NCBI GenBank assembly: GCA_017934275.1
Contig: JAGBJT010000060.1
Span: 1 to 31,498 of the forward strand
Origin: Cardiobacteriaceae bacterium
Lineage (GTDB): Bacteria > Pseudomonadota > Gammaproteobacteria > Cardiobacteriales > Cardiobacteriaceae
Reading direction: 5' to 3'
Length of the DNA stretch: 31,498 nt
The notes under the pieces are model-generated. The model had not been told where the DNA came from. It did not search any database and worked only from the letters and a program-made list of their open reading frames with translations. How positions within the stretch are numbered: position 1 is the first letter of the stretch; each line of letters begins with the position of its first letter. Made by a program: the position numbers and the translations under genes. Positions 1-8,670 of this stretch are shown piece after piece.

Positions 1-40
1 AGTTCAAAAAGAGTTTTCCAAATCAAATTAAGAGGTAACA

Positions 41-355
41 ATGGTTACCGTAAAAAATATACTTGTAAAATTCTATTCAGGTAATAAAACTGCTTCACAA
101 ACAGACATTATCCTAAAACATATAGATAACATCCAAGTAATATTTGATGAAGAAAATTTGTTTGAATATTGTCAAAACACCTTATCCATAATCAAGACAA
201 GAGTGGAAAATAATGATTTTTATGAAAGCAGTAAAAATAATGATTTATTCACTTTATCTTGTCAGTTGGCAAGAGCTTTAGATGGATATGGATACATTCT
301 AGATGAGGTGTCTTTATTGTGCGATGAGTTATATAGTCGTTTCAGTTCAAAATAA
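41..355 (+). CDS. Hypothetical small protein (104 aa). The last 8 codons and the TAA stop lie inside a MITE-like repeat.
   Basis: ORF with a good RBS (AAGAGG, 7 nt upstream of the ATG at 41). AT-rich, no recognisable motifs. It occupies the position downstream of yidC where mnmE is normally found. The C-terminus ...LYSRFSSK* is encoded by the element's inverted-repeat sequence. Confidence 0.4.
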   Translation: MVTVKNILVKFYSGNKTASQTDIILKHIDNIQVIFDEENLFEYCQNTLSIIKTRVENNDFYESSKNNDLFTLSCQLARALDGYGYILDEVSLLCDELYSRFSSK

Positions 356-438
356 GACAAGGCAGCGAGCCGAAGACAGTATCTATAATACGGCGAGGCA
401 AAGCTAACGCAGTATTATTTTGAAATGGAACGACTATA
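332..438. mobile_element. MITE-like small repeat element, copy A (107 bp), with 22-bp terminal inverted repeats
   Basis: Left end TATAGTCGTTTCAGTTCAAAAT and right end ATTTTGAAATGGAACGACTATA are inverted repeats with 2 mismatches. The element is nearly identical to a second copy at 15816-15920, with about 85-90% identity over the core. It is flanked by TA/TATA, reminiscent of Correia or Tc1-like TA target duplication. Confidence 0.75.
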
Positions 439-480
439 CGAGCTAATTTACGGTAAAAATAACTAACACTATCGGATTTG

Positions 481-513
481 AAGCGGCAATTTGCCGCTTT
501 TTTTTGTAAGTTT
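481..513 (+). terminator. Rho-independent terminator (GCGGCAAATTGCCGC stem followed by T8)
   Basis: Perfect 7-bp GC-rich inverted repeat followed by TTTTTTTT on the plus strand. It lies downstream of ORF 41-355 and the MITE, and abuts the yidC stop. Confidence 0.7.
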
Positions 514-2157
514 TCAATCATTCGCCGCTTTTGGCAGTTTCTTCTGCAATTTATTTTCACCGTAATGCTTATTCATCAGATATTGCTGCACAATACCGAA
601 AGCATTCGAAACCGTCCAGTAAAGCACCAATCCCGATGGAAATACCGCAAACATCATTCCGAAAATCAATGGCATCAGCAGCATCATTTTTTGCATCATC
701 GGATCAGGCGGTGGCGGATTGAGTTTTTGTTGCACAAACATCAAAGCGGTATTGATGATTGGCAATACAAAATAAGGGTCCATTACCGACAAATCCTTAA
801 TCCAGAAAATCCAAGCAGACTGCCGCAACTCGACACTCTCCGCCAACATATAGTAAAAAGCGATAAAGAACGGAATTTGCAACAACATCGGCAGACAGCC
901 GCTCATCGGATTGACTTGCTCGCGGCGGAATAATTTCATTTGTTCCTGCGCCATTCTTTGGCGATCTTCACCGTATCTTTCCCGCAAACGGTTCAGCTCT
1001 GGCTGCAAAAGTCGCATTTTTGCCATCGACTTATAAGCCCAAGCGGAAGGCATAAAAAATAACCCCTTAATCATCAAAGTAATAACTACAATCGACCAGC
1101 CCCAGTTTCCAAGTAGGGAATAAATCAAGTCCATTACCTTGAACATAAATTCCGAAATAATGAAAAGCCAACCGTAATCCACCGCTTTATCCAAATACGG
1201 TGCGGTTTTTTCTAGATTTTTAACAATTTTCGGACCGATATAAGCCTTTCCTGCAAACTCATAATCTCCACCGTTCGGCACGGTGAATAACTCGGTTTTA
1301 ACTCCGACGATATGGTCGCCCGTATTTTGGTTGTAATTCGTAAAAATTCTTTGCTCTTTACCGATTTCAGGCACAAACGCGGCAATGAAATAATGCTGAA
1401 TCATCGCCACCCAACCGTCTTTTCCAGCTATATCCTTTTGATATTTATTAGCCTTTTTAGAAGCTTGATTTATGCTTTCCAAGTCATCTAACTTTATCTT
1501 TTCATAACGCTTTTGTTCGGTGGAAATTGCTGCTCCCGTAAAAGTCGCGACATTCGATAAACCACCGCCCTGCGGTTTTCCAAAAGCAATTTGGTTATAC
1601 GCGCGCCCTACCCAATCACCGCCGCTTTCATTATGAATTTTTTGGCTAATTTCAATTTCATAACTGCCGCGCTTAAATGTAAAAGTTTTAACCGAAGTTA
1701 CGCCTTGTTCATCTGTCCAATAAAAAGGAACGGTCAATTTATCTTCACCGTCTTTTAAGTAATAAAACTCTTTATCAGCCGTCCAATTTGCAAGATGCGA
1801 CGGTGCATTTGTGTTGTCTCCGTGGGCAATTCCAGAGAGCATCTGCATACGGTTAGGATTATCCGAACGGATTAAAGAAAGCGGTTTTTCATCCTGCAAA
1901 GAAGTCGGATATTGCAATAAATTCGCCGCAATAATTCCTGCTCCTTTGGTGTCAATATGAACATCATAAACATCTGTTTTAATCCGCACCTTTTGGCTTC
2001 CAGAATTACCCTCTTGTATGTTTTCTGGCAGGCTCTCTTGCCGAGTTTGCTCCTGTGATAAATAATACTCTCGGTTCGCAATTTGCCATTTATTCCACAA
2101 AATAAAAGCCAAACCAAAAGCGATGATGTAAAGCATAACTCTTACATTTATTTTCAT
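514..2157 (-). CDS. yidC: Membrane protein insertase YidC
   Basis: 547 aa with an N-terminal TM anchor, a large periplasmic domain and the conserved C-terminal 5-TM core (…PLIINTALMFVQQKLNPPPPDPMMQKMM… motifs). Canonical position after rpmH-rnpA-yidD. Confidence 0.95.
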   Translation of the reverse strand: MKINVRVMLYIIAFGLAFILWNKWQIANREYYLSQEQTRQESLPENIQEGNSGSQKVRIKTDVYDVHIDTKGAGIIAANLLQYPTSLQDEKPLSLIRSDNPNRMQMLSGIAHGDNTNAPSHLANWTADKEFYYLKDGEDKLTVPFYWTDEQGVTSVKTFTFKRGSYEIEISQKIHNESGGDWVGRAYNQIAFGKPQGGGLSNVATFTGAAISTEQKRYEKIKLDDLESINQASKKANKYQKDIAGKDGWVAMIQHYFIAAFVPEIGKEQRIFTNYNQNTGDHIVGVKTELFTVPNGGDYEFAGKAYIGPKIVKNLEKTAPYLDKAVDYGWLFIISEFMFKVMDLIYSLLGNWGWSIVVITLMIKGLFFMPSAWAYKSMAKMRLLQPELNRLRERYGEDRQRMAQEQMKLFRREQVNPMSGCLPMLLQIPFFIAFYYMLAESVELRQSAWIFWIKDLSVMDPYFVLPIINTALMFVQQKLNPPPPDPMMQKMMLLMPLIFGMMFAVFPSGLVLYWTVSNAFGIVQQYLMNKHYGENKLQKKLPKAAND

Positions 2158-2224
2158 TATTGCTTTTTCCTATTTGTTATCGGTTTAATAAGATATTTAT
2201 AACTTAAAATATAAATCAGCAAGA

Positions 2225-2476
2225 TTATTTTTTATCTTGTTTTTTCTCTGGAACTGGGTCATATCCACCGCTACAGAATGGATTACAACGAAGAATTCTT
2301 TTTATACAAAGCCAAGAACCTTTCACCGCACCAAAACGAGCAATTGCTTCTTCACCATAATGCGAACAAGTCGGTTCAAAACGGCATTGACCACCGATAT
2401 ACGGGCTTAAAGTAATACGGTAAAGTTTTATTAAAGAAATCAATATTTTATCCATCAGGACAAAATTCTCCGCCAA
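2225..2476 (-). CDS. yidD: Membrane protein insertion efficiency factor YidD
   Basis: 83 aa containing the SPxxGGxCRFxPTCSxYxxEAI motif typical of YidD. Sits between rnpA and yidC. Start codon uncertain (possibly an internal Met). Confidence 0.85.
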   Translation of the reverse strand: MAENFVLMDKILISLIKLYRITLSPYIGGQCRFEPTCSHYGEEAIARFGAVKGSWLCIKRILRCNPFCSGGYDPVPEKKQDKK

Positions 2477-2871
2477 TGATGTTGTAATGACTTAAACAAT
2501 GCTTGATTTTCAGCTTCCGCCGCCTGCGTTTTCGCCATCAAAACAATATCGTAGGAATAGAAATATTTCCCGTTATCTTGCAATTTATTCGAAGATATAT
2601 TTGAAGTGCTTTCTACTCTTTTTTCTTCAAATTCAATTTGACGAAAAGTTTCACGGCTAATTCTTTTTATACGATTTCTATCAACTGCTAGACGAATTCT
2701 CTTTTTTGCAATTGCCAAACCTAGTCGCAGTTTTGGGCTTTCGGATAAATAAACAAGAGCTAAAACAGTGAAATATCGGTCGGAACTTCTTTTCTCGGGA
2801 TTATTAAACACCGCCTGAAATTCAACTGGTTTTAATAACCTCGAGGTTTTAGGAAAAGAATGTTTATCCAT
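2455..2871 (-). CDS. rnpA: RNase P protein component RnpA
   Basis: Basic ~138-aa protein (…[17 protein letters not shown]…[22 protein letters not shown]…), the RNR motif family, immediately downstream of rpmH. Start chosen at the internal Met MDKHSF rather than the extended ORF start. Small overlap with yidD. Confidence 0.85.
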   Translation of the reverse strand: MDKHSFPKTSRLLKPVEFQAVFNNPEKRSSDRYFTVLALVYLSESPKLRLGLAIAKKRIRLAVDRNRIKRISRETFRQIEFEEKRVESTSNISSNKLQDNGKYFYSYDIVLMAKTQAAEAENQALFKSLQHHWRRILS

Positions 2872-2958
2872 AATTGCAAGAAGCAGAAAATAAAAACAGC
2901 GCGACTGAAAACTCAATCACGCTTTTTATCTAAAACTCAACAAAAATTAAAGTCTAAA

Positions 2959-3096
2959 TTAAACGGTTAAACGCTTGCGACCTTTTGCACGACGGCGATT
3001 TAATACTTCTCTTCCGTCAGCGGTTTGCATTCTGGCGCGGAAACCGTGAGTGCGTTTGCGTTTAATATTGCTCGGTTGGTAAGTGCGTTTTGACAT
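2959..3096 (-). CDS. rpmH: 50S ribosomal protein L34
   Basis: 45-aa [45 protein letters not shown], near-identical to canonical L34. The listed ORF is spuriously extended; the true start is the ATG whose complement is at 3094-3096. Confidence 0.95.
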   Translation of the reverse strand: MSKRTYQPSNIKRKRTHGFRARMQTADGREVLNRRRAKGRKRLTV

Positions 3097-3218
3097 TATT
3101 CTTCTCCGAAAAATAAAAGTTAAAAATTTAAGAATAAAAAACCGCCAAAAAACGGCGGACAAAAAGAAGTCGCGCATTGTAGCCGTGATAATTCGATTGT
3201 CAATATTTAGGAACAAAA

Positions 3219-3668
3219 ATGCTCGCAATAATTCAAAGAGTTCATCAAGCAGAAGTTATAGTTGATAACAAACAAGTCGCAAAAATCGACAAAGGCATTC
3301 TGGCTTTTATCGGCTATCAAAAATCCGAATTAAATGACAATCTCGCGGACAAAAATAAAAAAATGCTAAAAAAAATCATCTCTTACCGCATTTTTGAAGA
3401 CGAAGCGCAAAAGATGAATTTAAGCCTTTTAGATATAAACGCTGAATTATTATTAGTTCCGCAATTTACTCTCGCCGCTGACACTCGTAAAGGTCGTCGT
3501 CCGAGTTTTGATAGCGCAATGCCACCGCAAAATGCCGAACTTGCTTTTCAGAATTTAATGGAAATTTCCCAACAAATATTTTCCAAAACACAATTCGGAA
3601 TTTTCGGAGCTGATATGCAAATATCTTTAATCAATTCTGGACCAGTAACTTTTTCTTTTGAAATTTAA
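3219..3668 (+). CDS. dtd: D-aminoacyl-tRNA deacylase
   Basis: 149 aa with the characteristic Dtd motifs (MLAIIQRV…, [33 protein letters not shown]). Confidence 0.85.
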   Translation: MLAIIQRVHQAEVIVDNKQVAKIDKGILAFIGYQKSELNDNLADKNKKMLKKIISYRIFEDEAQKMNLSLLDINAELLLVPQFTLAADTRKGRRPSFDSAMPPQNAELAFQNLMEISQQIFSKTQFGIFGADMQISLINSGPVTFSFEI

Positions 3669-3743
3669 TCGCTTTATTTCTCAAAAAAATAAAGGAAATG
3701 TAACTTCCACATTCCCTTTATTTAATTTCCGTTTTCGCTAATC

Positions 3744-4712
3744 TCAATACATCAGCAAACAACCGCCCCAAGTAAATCCACCGCCAAAAGCTTCCAAGAG
3801 CAATTTATTCCCCCGCTTAATTTTTCCGCTTTTAATTCCAAAATCCAAAGCCAAGGGAATTGAGGCAGCAGAAGTATTAGCGTGTTTATCAACCGTCAAA
3901 ATTACTTTTTCCATCGGCATATTGAGATGCTGTGCGGTTGCTTTAATAATCCGTAAATTTGCCTGATGCGGAACTAAATAATCCAAATCGTCAGCGCAAG
4001 TTTCATATTTATCCAGCAATTCCTCAACCAAATTTGCCAAACTCTTCACCGCAACCTTAAAAACTTCCCGACCTTGCATTTGCAAATACGGCGGCGGTGC
4101 ATCAGGATTAACTCTTGCCGCTCCCGCACCTTTCGGAATTGTCAATAAATCCGCATAACTACCGTCGCTATGCAAGCAAAAACCGAAAATTCCAGGAGTT
4201 GCCGCCGCTTCCAAAATCACCGCCGCCGCGCCATCACCGAATAAAACGGCGGTATTTCTATCCGTCCAATCAATCGAATTTGAAAATAAATCCGCGCCGA
4301 CAACCAAAACTTTGCGAGCTGAATAACTACGGATATAAGCGTCCGCCGTCGATAAAGCGTAAATAAAACCAGAACAAGCAGCCGATACATCAAAAGCAGG
4401 AATATCACGACAAGCAAGCCGATGCTGCAATAAAACCGCCGTCGAAGGAAATAAATATTCAGGAGTTGAAGTCGCAACCACAATCAAATCAATATCGCGC
4501 GCTTCCAAACCAGCATCCTGCAATGCCGCCAACGCCGCTTTTTCACACATATCGGTGCAAGTTTCACTGTCCGCTGCAATATGCCGCTCGGCAATGCCAG
4601 TTCTAGTGCGAATCCACTCATCGGAAGTGTCCATAATTTTGGCAAGGTCATCATTTGTGCGCACATCAGACGGCAAATAAGCCCCAGAACTAACAATTCG
4701 GCTGTAAATCAT
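3744..4712 (-). CDS. fabH: 3-oxoacyl-ACP synthase III (FabH)
   Basis: 322 aa with an active-site Cys in AACSGF and HQAN…FGGGFTWG C-terminal motifs. Immediately downstream of plsX. Confidence 0.9.
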   Translation of the reverse strand: MIYSRIVSSGAYLPSDVRTNDDLAKIMDTSDEWIRTRTGIAERHIAADSETCTDMCEKAALAALQDAGLEARDIDLIVVATSTPEYLFPSTAVLLQHRLACRDIPAFDVSAACSGFIYALSTADAYIRSYSARKVLVVGADLFSNSIDWTDRNTAVLFGDGAAAVILEAAATPGIFGFCLHSDGSYADLLTIPKGAGAARVNPDAPPPYLQMQGREVFKVAVKSLANLVEELLDKYETCADDLDYLVPHQANLRIIKATAQHLNMPMEKVILTVDKHANTSAASIPLALDFGIKSGKIKRGNKLLLEAFGGGFTWGGCLLMY

Positions 4713-4761
4713 AAAAATCTAGTTGATTGAATTTAGAAAGATTTCGTAACAAAAACAGAAG

Positions 4762-5802
4762 TTATTCGGCAACTTTCGCTACATCTTGACTATTTTCAGC
4801 ATTGTTACGAGAACGAATTTGCGCGGTAATTTTTTCGATAAGCGATTTTTCCGCGGCACGGACGGCAAAAAATATTGCATTGGAATAAGAAAACGCATCA
4901 GCGCTACCGTGGCTTTTTACGACTAAACCGTTCAAACCCAACATCACCGCACCGTTATACAAACGAGGATCGATTTTTTTCTTCATCGTTTTCATTGCAG
5001 GGAGTGCAAATAATCCACAGATTTTGCTCAATAAATTCTGATGGAAAGCTTGTTTTAAGCTCAAAGCAATAAACTTCGCCGTCCCTTCAATGCTCTTCAA
5101 AGCCACATTACCAACAAAGCCGTCGCAGACCACAATATCAAGATTTTCTTTCATCAAAATATCGTCGCCTTCAACATTACCGATGTAATTTATCGGTGCT
5201 TCTGCCAGCAATTTACTCGCCTCTTTAACAACTTCATTACCCTTAATCGCTTCACCACCGATATTGAGCAATCCGACGGTAGGATTTTCCTTACCCACAA
5301 CCGCACGGACTAATTCCGTTCCCATTAGCGCAAATTGCTCTAATTGCTGCGGTTTGGAATCAACGGTTGCACCTAAATCTAAACAATAAACTCGTCCCGT
5401 TCTAGTTGGCATCGCCGTGCAAAGTGCAGGACGCGAAACATCAGGCAAAGTTTTGAGTAAAAAATAAGCACTCGCCATCAAAGCACCAGTATTACCAGCA
5501 CTTACGCAAACATCAGCTTTTTTATCGCGGACTAATTCAATAGCACGCCACAGCGATGAATCTTGTTTTTTACGCAGAACTTGCGAAGGGCTTTCGTCCA
5601 TCTCCACAACTTGCGAACATTGGACAATTTCGATATTTTCTGATTTAAGTTCGGAAAAATATTGATGAGAACGGATTTTTTCTTCATTGCCGCAAAGGAT
5701 AAATTTCACTTCTGGCAATTTTTTCTGGGCAATAGAAACGGCGGCGATGGTGGTATCTAATCCAATATCGCCGCCCATTGCATCAATAGCGATAGTTGTC
5801 AT
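4762..5802 (-). CDS. plsX: Phosphate acyltransferase PlsX
   Basis: 346 aa beginning MTTIAIDAMGGD…, the PlsX family signature. Located in the rpmF-plsX-fabH cluster. Confidence 0.9.
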   Translation of the reverse strand: MTTIAIDAMGGDIGLDTTIAAVSIAQKKLPEVKFILCGNEEKIRSHQYFSELKSENIEIVQCSQVVEMDESPSQVLRKKQDSSLWRAIELVRDKKADVCVSAGNTGALMASAYFLLKTLPDVSRPALCTAMPTRTGRVYCLDLGATVDSKPQQLEQFALMGTELVRAVVGKENPTVGLLNIGGEAIKGNEVVKEASKLLAEAPINYIGNVEGDDILMKENLDIVVCDGFVGNVALKSIEGTAKFIALSLKQAFHQNLLSKICGLFALPAMKTMKKKIDPRLYNGAVMLGLNGLVVKSHGSADAFSYSNAIFFAVRAAEKSLIEKITAQIRSRNNAENSQDVAKVAE

Positions 5803-5843
5803 TTTGATGAATAAGTATTTATGAACAAATTTGCGTTTAGAGC

Positions 5844-6047
5844 TTATTCGTTTTCATCAAAATCGATGGTTTGTTCTGGCTTAACAATCACTTGCTTACC
5901 ACGGTAGAAGCCGTCTTTGGTGATGTGATGACGAAGATGGCGTTCGCCAGAAGTTTTGTCGGTTGCAAGAGTTGCAAATCCGAGCGCATCGTGGCTACGG
6001 CGCATATCGCGTTTTGATGGAGTTTTACGATTTTGTTGAACTGCCAT
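5844..6047 (-). CDS. rpmF: 50S ribosomal protein L32
   Basis: [22 protein letters not shown]…[24 protein letters not shown] matches the L32 consensus. Confidence 0.9.
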   Translation of the reverse strand: MAVQQNRKTPSKRDMRRSHDALGFATLATDKTSGERHLRHHITKDGFYRGKQVIVKPEQTIDFDENE

Positions 6048-6057
6048 TGTTTTTTCC

Positions 6058-6600
6058 TTATTTCAAAAGTTGTTTCAAAGCGGCAAAAGGATTTTCTTTT
6101 TCTTCTGCCAAATTATTCTTCTCTTTACCGAATGTTTGCGGCAGAGAGCAATTTTCGTGTTTAGCAATCATCGGCATTGCCAAAAGAATTTCTTCTTCAA
6201 TAAACCACAGTAAATCGATTTTTTCCGCTTGCTCACAAACTAAAAAATCTTCCACCGTTTCTGGGGCGTTTTCTGCTTGCTTTTCCGAGCGAAAAAGCGG
6301 TAAAGAAAACTCTTCTTCATACCGCCAAGCGAGATTTTCTAAACAACGCTGACATTGCAAATCAAGAACGGTATTGATTTGAAAGTTAATCTCAAAAAGC
6401 TCTTGACCCGCAAAGAAATTTTCATTTTTTTGACTTGCAAGCTCGATACTTAAAACGCCGTCCTGTGAAGCAAACTTACTCAATTCACGAGTATCCGTAA
6501 GAGCAACTTGGCAACTGATGATTTCGTTGTTTTTGCAAAATTGCCAAACATCGAAATTTTCTAGCTGTTCCTTACTAAACACACGACGGTTCATATTCAA
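6058..6600 (-). CDS. yceD: YceD / DUF177 family protein (large ribosomal subunit accumulation protein)
   Basis: 180 aa, acidic, with the CxxC…C pattern. Conserved location immediately upstream of rpmF-plsX. Confidence 0.75.
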   Translation of the reverse strand: MNMNRRVFSKEQLENFDVWQFCKNNEIISCQVALTDTRELSKFASQDGVLSIELASQKNENFFAGQELFEINFQINTVLDLQCQRCLENLAWRYEEEFSLPLFRSEKQAENAPETVEDFLVCEQAEKIDLLWFIEEEILLAMPMIAKHENCSLPQTFGKEKNNLAEEKENPFAALKQLLK

Positions 6601-6642
6601 GCATCATTCAAAAAGCGCGCGATTTTAGCAGCTTTACCTAAA

Positions 6643-7722
6643 TTAACCGTTGTGCATTTTTTCGATATGGAGATACACAAGGTCGGAAACCTCACGAATG
6701 ACATTGCCGCGGGATTTAATCCAAGAGCCGTAATTATCACAAGAACGGCTTTTCTCAATCACCGCCGCAAAGGAATACGGCTTGGCATATCCGTGTTTAT
6801 CAATAAATTCGACGATACCGAAATCGCCGCAACATTGCGAAGTTGAGCCAGTTTTGTCATAAATCGTCAGATTTTGCGGCACAAATTGCGTTCTAGTTGC
6901 TATGCGGTCGGGATTTTTAATGCTCATCAAAGATTTCAATAACTTCGACTGCGGCAATTTATCTCGCCATAAAGCCTGCATAAAGCGCGTGTAATCGCCG
7001 CAAGAGGCGCGGTTACGGTAAGTTTTTCCACCAGCGGGAATGCTTTCCACCACGATTGTGTTTCTAAAAATATCCCCTGCTTCACGGCGCAAAATACTCT
7101 GCACCGCATACGGTCCGCCAACACGGTCAATAATTTTGTTGGTCGATGTATTACTACTTTTAACAATCATCAGCCGCATTGTGTTGATGATGTCGTCGGT
7201 TATCGGGAACAATCCAGGATTACGGCGGTTTTGAAAAAAATAAGCCTGACAAACAAACGGCTTAATCATCGATGCCGCCTGCAAGGGAAGATGATGATTT
7301 ATATCTAGCAGATGCCGTCCCGAATTTATATCCACAACTTGCCAAGCGGTATGTTCATCTCTGGCGATGTGCCCGAGAGCGCGCTTTTGCCGAATTAGTT
7401 CGCTGATTTGATCATTTAAGTTACCGCTTGCGATAACGGGGCGGTTATAAGAATTCTGATATTGACTTTGCGAATTTGAATTAGCCTGACCGTAATTCGG
7501 TTCTACATAGGTTCGCTTAACTCCATAATCCGCATCGTATTGATAATTTCCGTTGGACGGCGCGGCAATCCGCACTTTGGCATCTGATGAAATACCGTTG
7601 TTACTCGTTGCGGGATAAGCATCGTCAATGCTTTCTAATTTAATCTCGGCGAGAGCCTGCAAAGTCGGAAAACTTCCCGCATAAAAAAGAGACCGCAAAA
7701 AGCGGCGTTTTGATAAATCCAT
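6643..7722 (-). CDS. Tat-signal, class A beta-lactamase-like / PBP-fold serine hydrolase (359 aa)
   Basis: N-terminal KRRFLRS twin-arginine motif. A Q/N/Y-rich ~100-aa low-complexity region follows. Then come the SxxK (SMIK) and KTG (YDKTGS) motifs and a candidate SxN, which are serine beta-lactamase/PBP fold motifs. The gene is directly downstream of ampD on the same strand. Confidence 0.5.
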   Translation of the reverse strand: MDLSKRRFLRSLFYAGSFPTLQALAEIKLESIDDAYPATSNNGISSDAKVRIAAPSNGNYQYDADYGVKRTYVEPNYGQANSNSQSQYQNSYNRPVIASGNLNDQISELIRQKRALGHIARDEHTAWQVVDINSGRHLLDINHHLPLQAASMIKPFVCQAYFFQNRRNPGLFPITDDIINTMRLMIVKSSNTSTNKIIDRVGGPYAVQSILRREAGDIFRNTIVVESIPAGGKTYRNRASCGDYTRFMQALWRDKLPQSKLLKSLMSIKNPDRIATRTQFVPQNLTIYDKTGSTSQCCGDFGIVEFIDKHGYAKPYSFAAVIEKSRSCDNYGSWIKSRGNVIREVSDLVYLHIEKMHNG

Positions 7723-7775
7723 AACTTAAATAAATGTCGTCTAATCTGAAAAGCAGCGAATTCTAACGGCTGAAA

Positions 7776-8339
7776 TTACGGCAAAACTAGCAACTGCCGC
7801 AAAAAATCGATATTAAAAGCCTCGCCAGGATCGGTTTTTCTATTCGGTGCGATGAAGGAATGAGTGGTGATTTTTTCCGCCGTAATTTTTGGATATTTCC
7901 GCATCAAAGCGCGGATTAGCTCGGCAATCGCTTGATATTGCCGCAGTGTGTAAGGAATATCGTCAGCACCGTTAATTTCAATTCCGACGGAAAAATCATT
8001 GCAATTTTCCCGACCGTAAAAATTCGACACTCCTGCGTGCCAAGCACGATTTTCCGTAGCAACAAACTGAATAATCTCACCGTCGCGAGCAATAAAAAAA
8101 TGCGCGGAAACCCGTAAATCCCGAATTGTCGGAAAAAATTCATCTTCGGAAATATGCGCAGCAATTTCACCGAGAAAAAATTTTTCCACAAAAAAACTGC
8201 CAAATTGCTTGGGCGGCAAGGAAATATTGTGCAAAACAACCAAATCAATTTCCGTGTTTTCTGGTCGTGCGTTGAAATGCGGTGAGGAAATTTTTCTTGC
8301 AACATCGAGCCAACCGTCATCATCAATATTCCACGCCAT
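7776..8339 (-). CDS. ampD: 1,6-anhydro-N-acetylmuramyl-L-alanine amidase AmpD
   Basis: Alignable by eye to E. coli AmpD (GWL…SPH…RP…LVVLHNISLPP…FG…RVSAHFFIARDGEIIQFV…RAWHAGVS…GRE.CNDFSIGIE…). Start set at MAWNIDDD, which has an AGGAA RBS, rather than the extended ORF start at 8378. Confidence 0.9.
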   Translation of the reverse strand: MAWNIDDDGWLDVARKISSPHFNARPENTEIDLVVLHNISLPPKQFGSFFVEKFFLGEIAAHISEDEFFPTIRDLRVSAHFFIARDGEIIQFVATENRAWHAGVSNFYGRENCNDFSVGIEINGADDIPYTLRQYQAIAELIRALMRKYPKITAEKITTHSFIAPNRKTDPGEAFNIDFLRQLLVLP

Positions 8340-8370
8340 TTGATTTCCTTTATTCGCTGTTTTTTGTATG

Positions 8371-8569
8371 TTTTCCACATTTGCTAGCAGAAAAATTGTG
8401 GATAGGCAATAGTGAAAAATATTTTTTTCTTTTTAGCTATCATTTTTGCTAATTCGTTGATTTTATTGAACTTTTACAATGTAAAACAATTTCTTCCAAA
8501 CGGGCAATATCACAAATACAGCAAGAAAAAAATCACAATCCACAAAAGTTTTCCACATTTTTATCCACA
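8371..8569. promoter_or_regulatory. Cluster of DnaA-box-like 9-mers in an AT-rich intergenic region (candidate DnaA-regulated promoter or origin-like element)
   Basis: Perfect TTATCCACA at 8561-8569. TTTTCCACA occurs at 8371-8379 and 8549-8557, both inside a repeated 13-mer GTTTTCCACATTT. CAATCCACA lies at 8536-8544. The reverse-orientation TGTGGATAG is at 8398-8406. Three boxes are head-to-tail at 12-13 bp spacing (8536, 8549, 8561). An AT-rich stretch at 8410-8500 lies adjacent. The whole region is the upstream region of ampD. Confidence 0.45.
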
Positions 8570-8617
8570 TCGGCGGTGGAAAAAATATTGTCAGAAAAAC
8601 TAGCAAATTTGCAAATA

Positions 8618-8655
8618 AAAAACGCTGGACAAAACCAGCGTTTTTTCATTTTTGA
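8618..8655 (-). terminator. Bidirectional rho-independent terminator (CGCTGG-N6-CCAGCG flanked by T tracts)
   Basis: The hairpin AACGCTGGACAAAACCAGCGTT has T-runs on both strands. It lies immediately downstream of the lipoprotein gene stop at 8671. Confidence 0.65.
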
Positions 8656-8670
8656 GTAATTCAGCAATTT

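Noticed and set aside
3142-3160. Small hairpin CCGCC-AAAAAAC-GGCGG upstream of rpmH
   Set aside because: The 5-bp stem is too short and weak to call a terminator or attenuator. It could equally be part of the rpmH promoter region. Left unannotated.
3083-3265. Lys/Arg-rich 60-aa ORF on the plus strand over the rpmH start and dtd start
   Set aside because: Reverse-frame shadow of the rpmH coding sequence and intergenic region, with a low-complexity translation. Extended ORFs for rpmH, rnpA, ampD, argH, the lipoprotein and SPFH were likewise trimmed to internal starts with an RBS and homology support.
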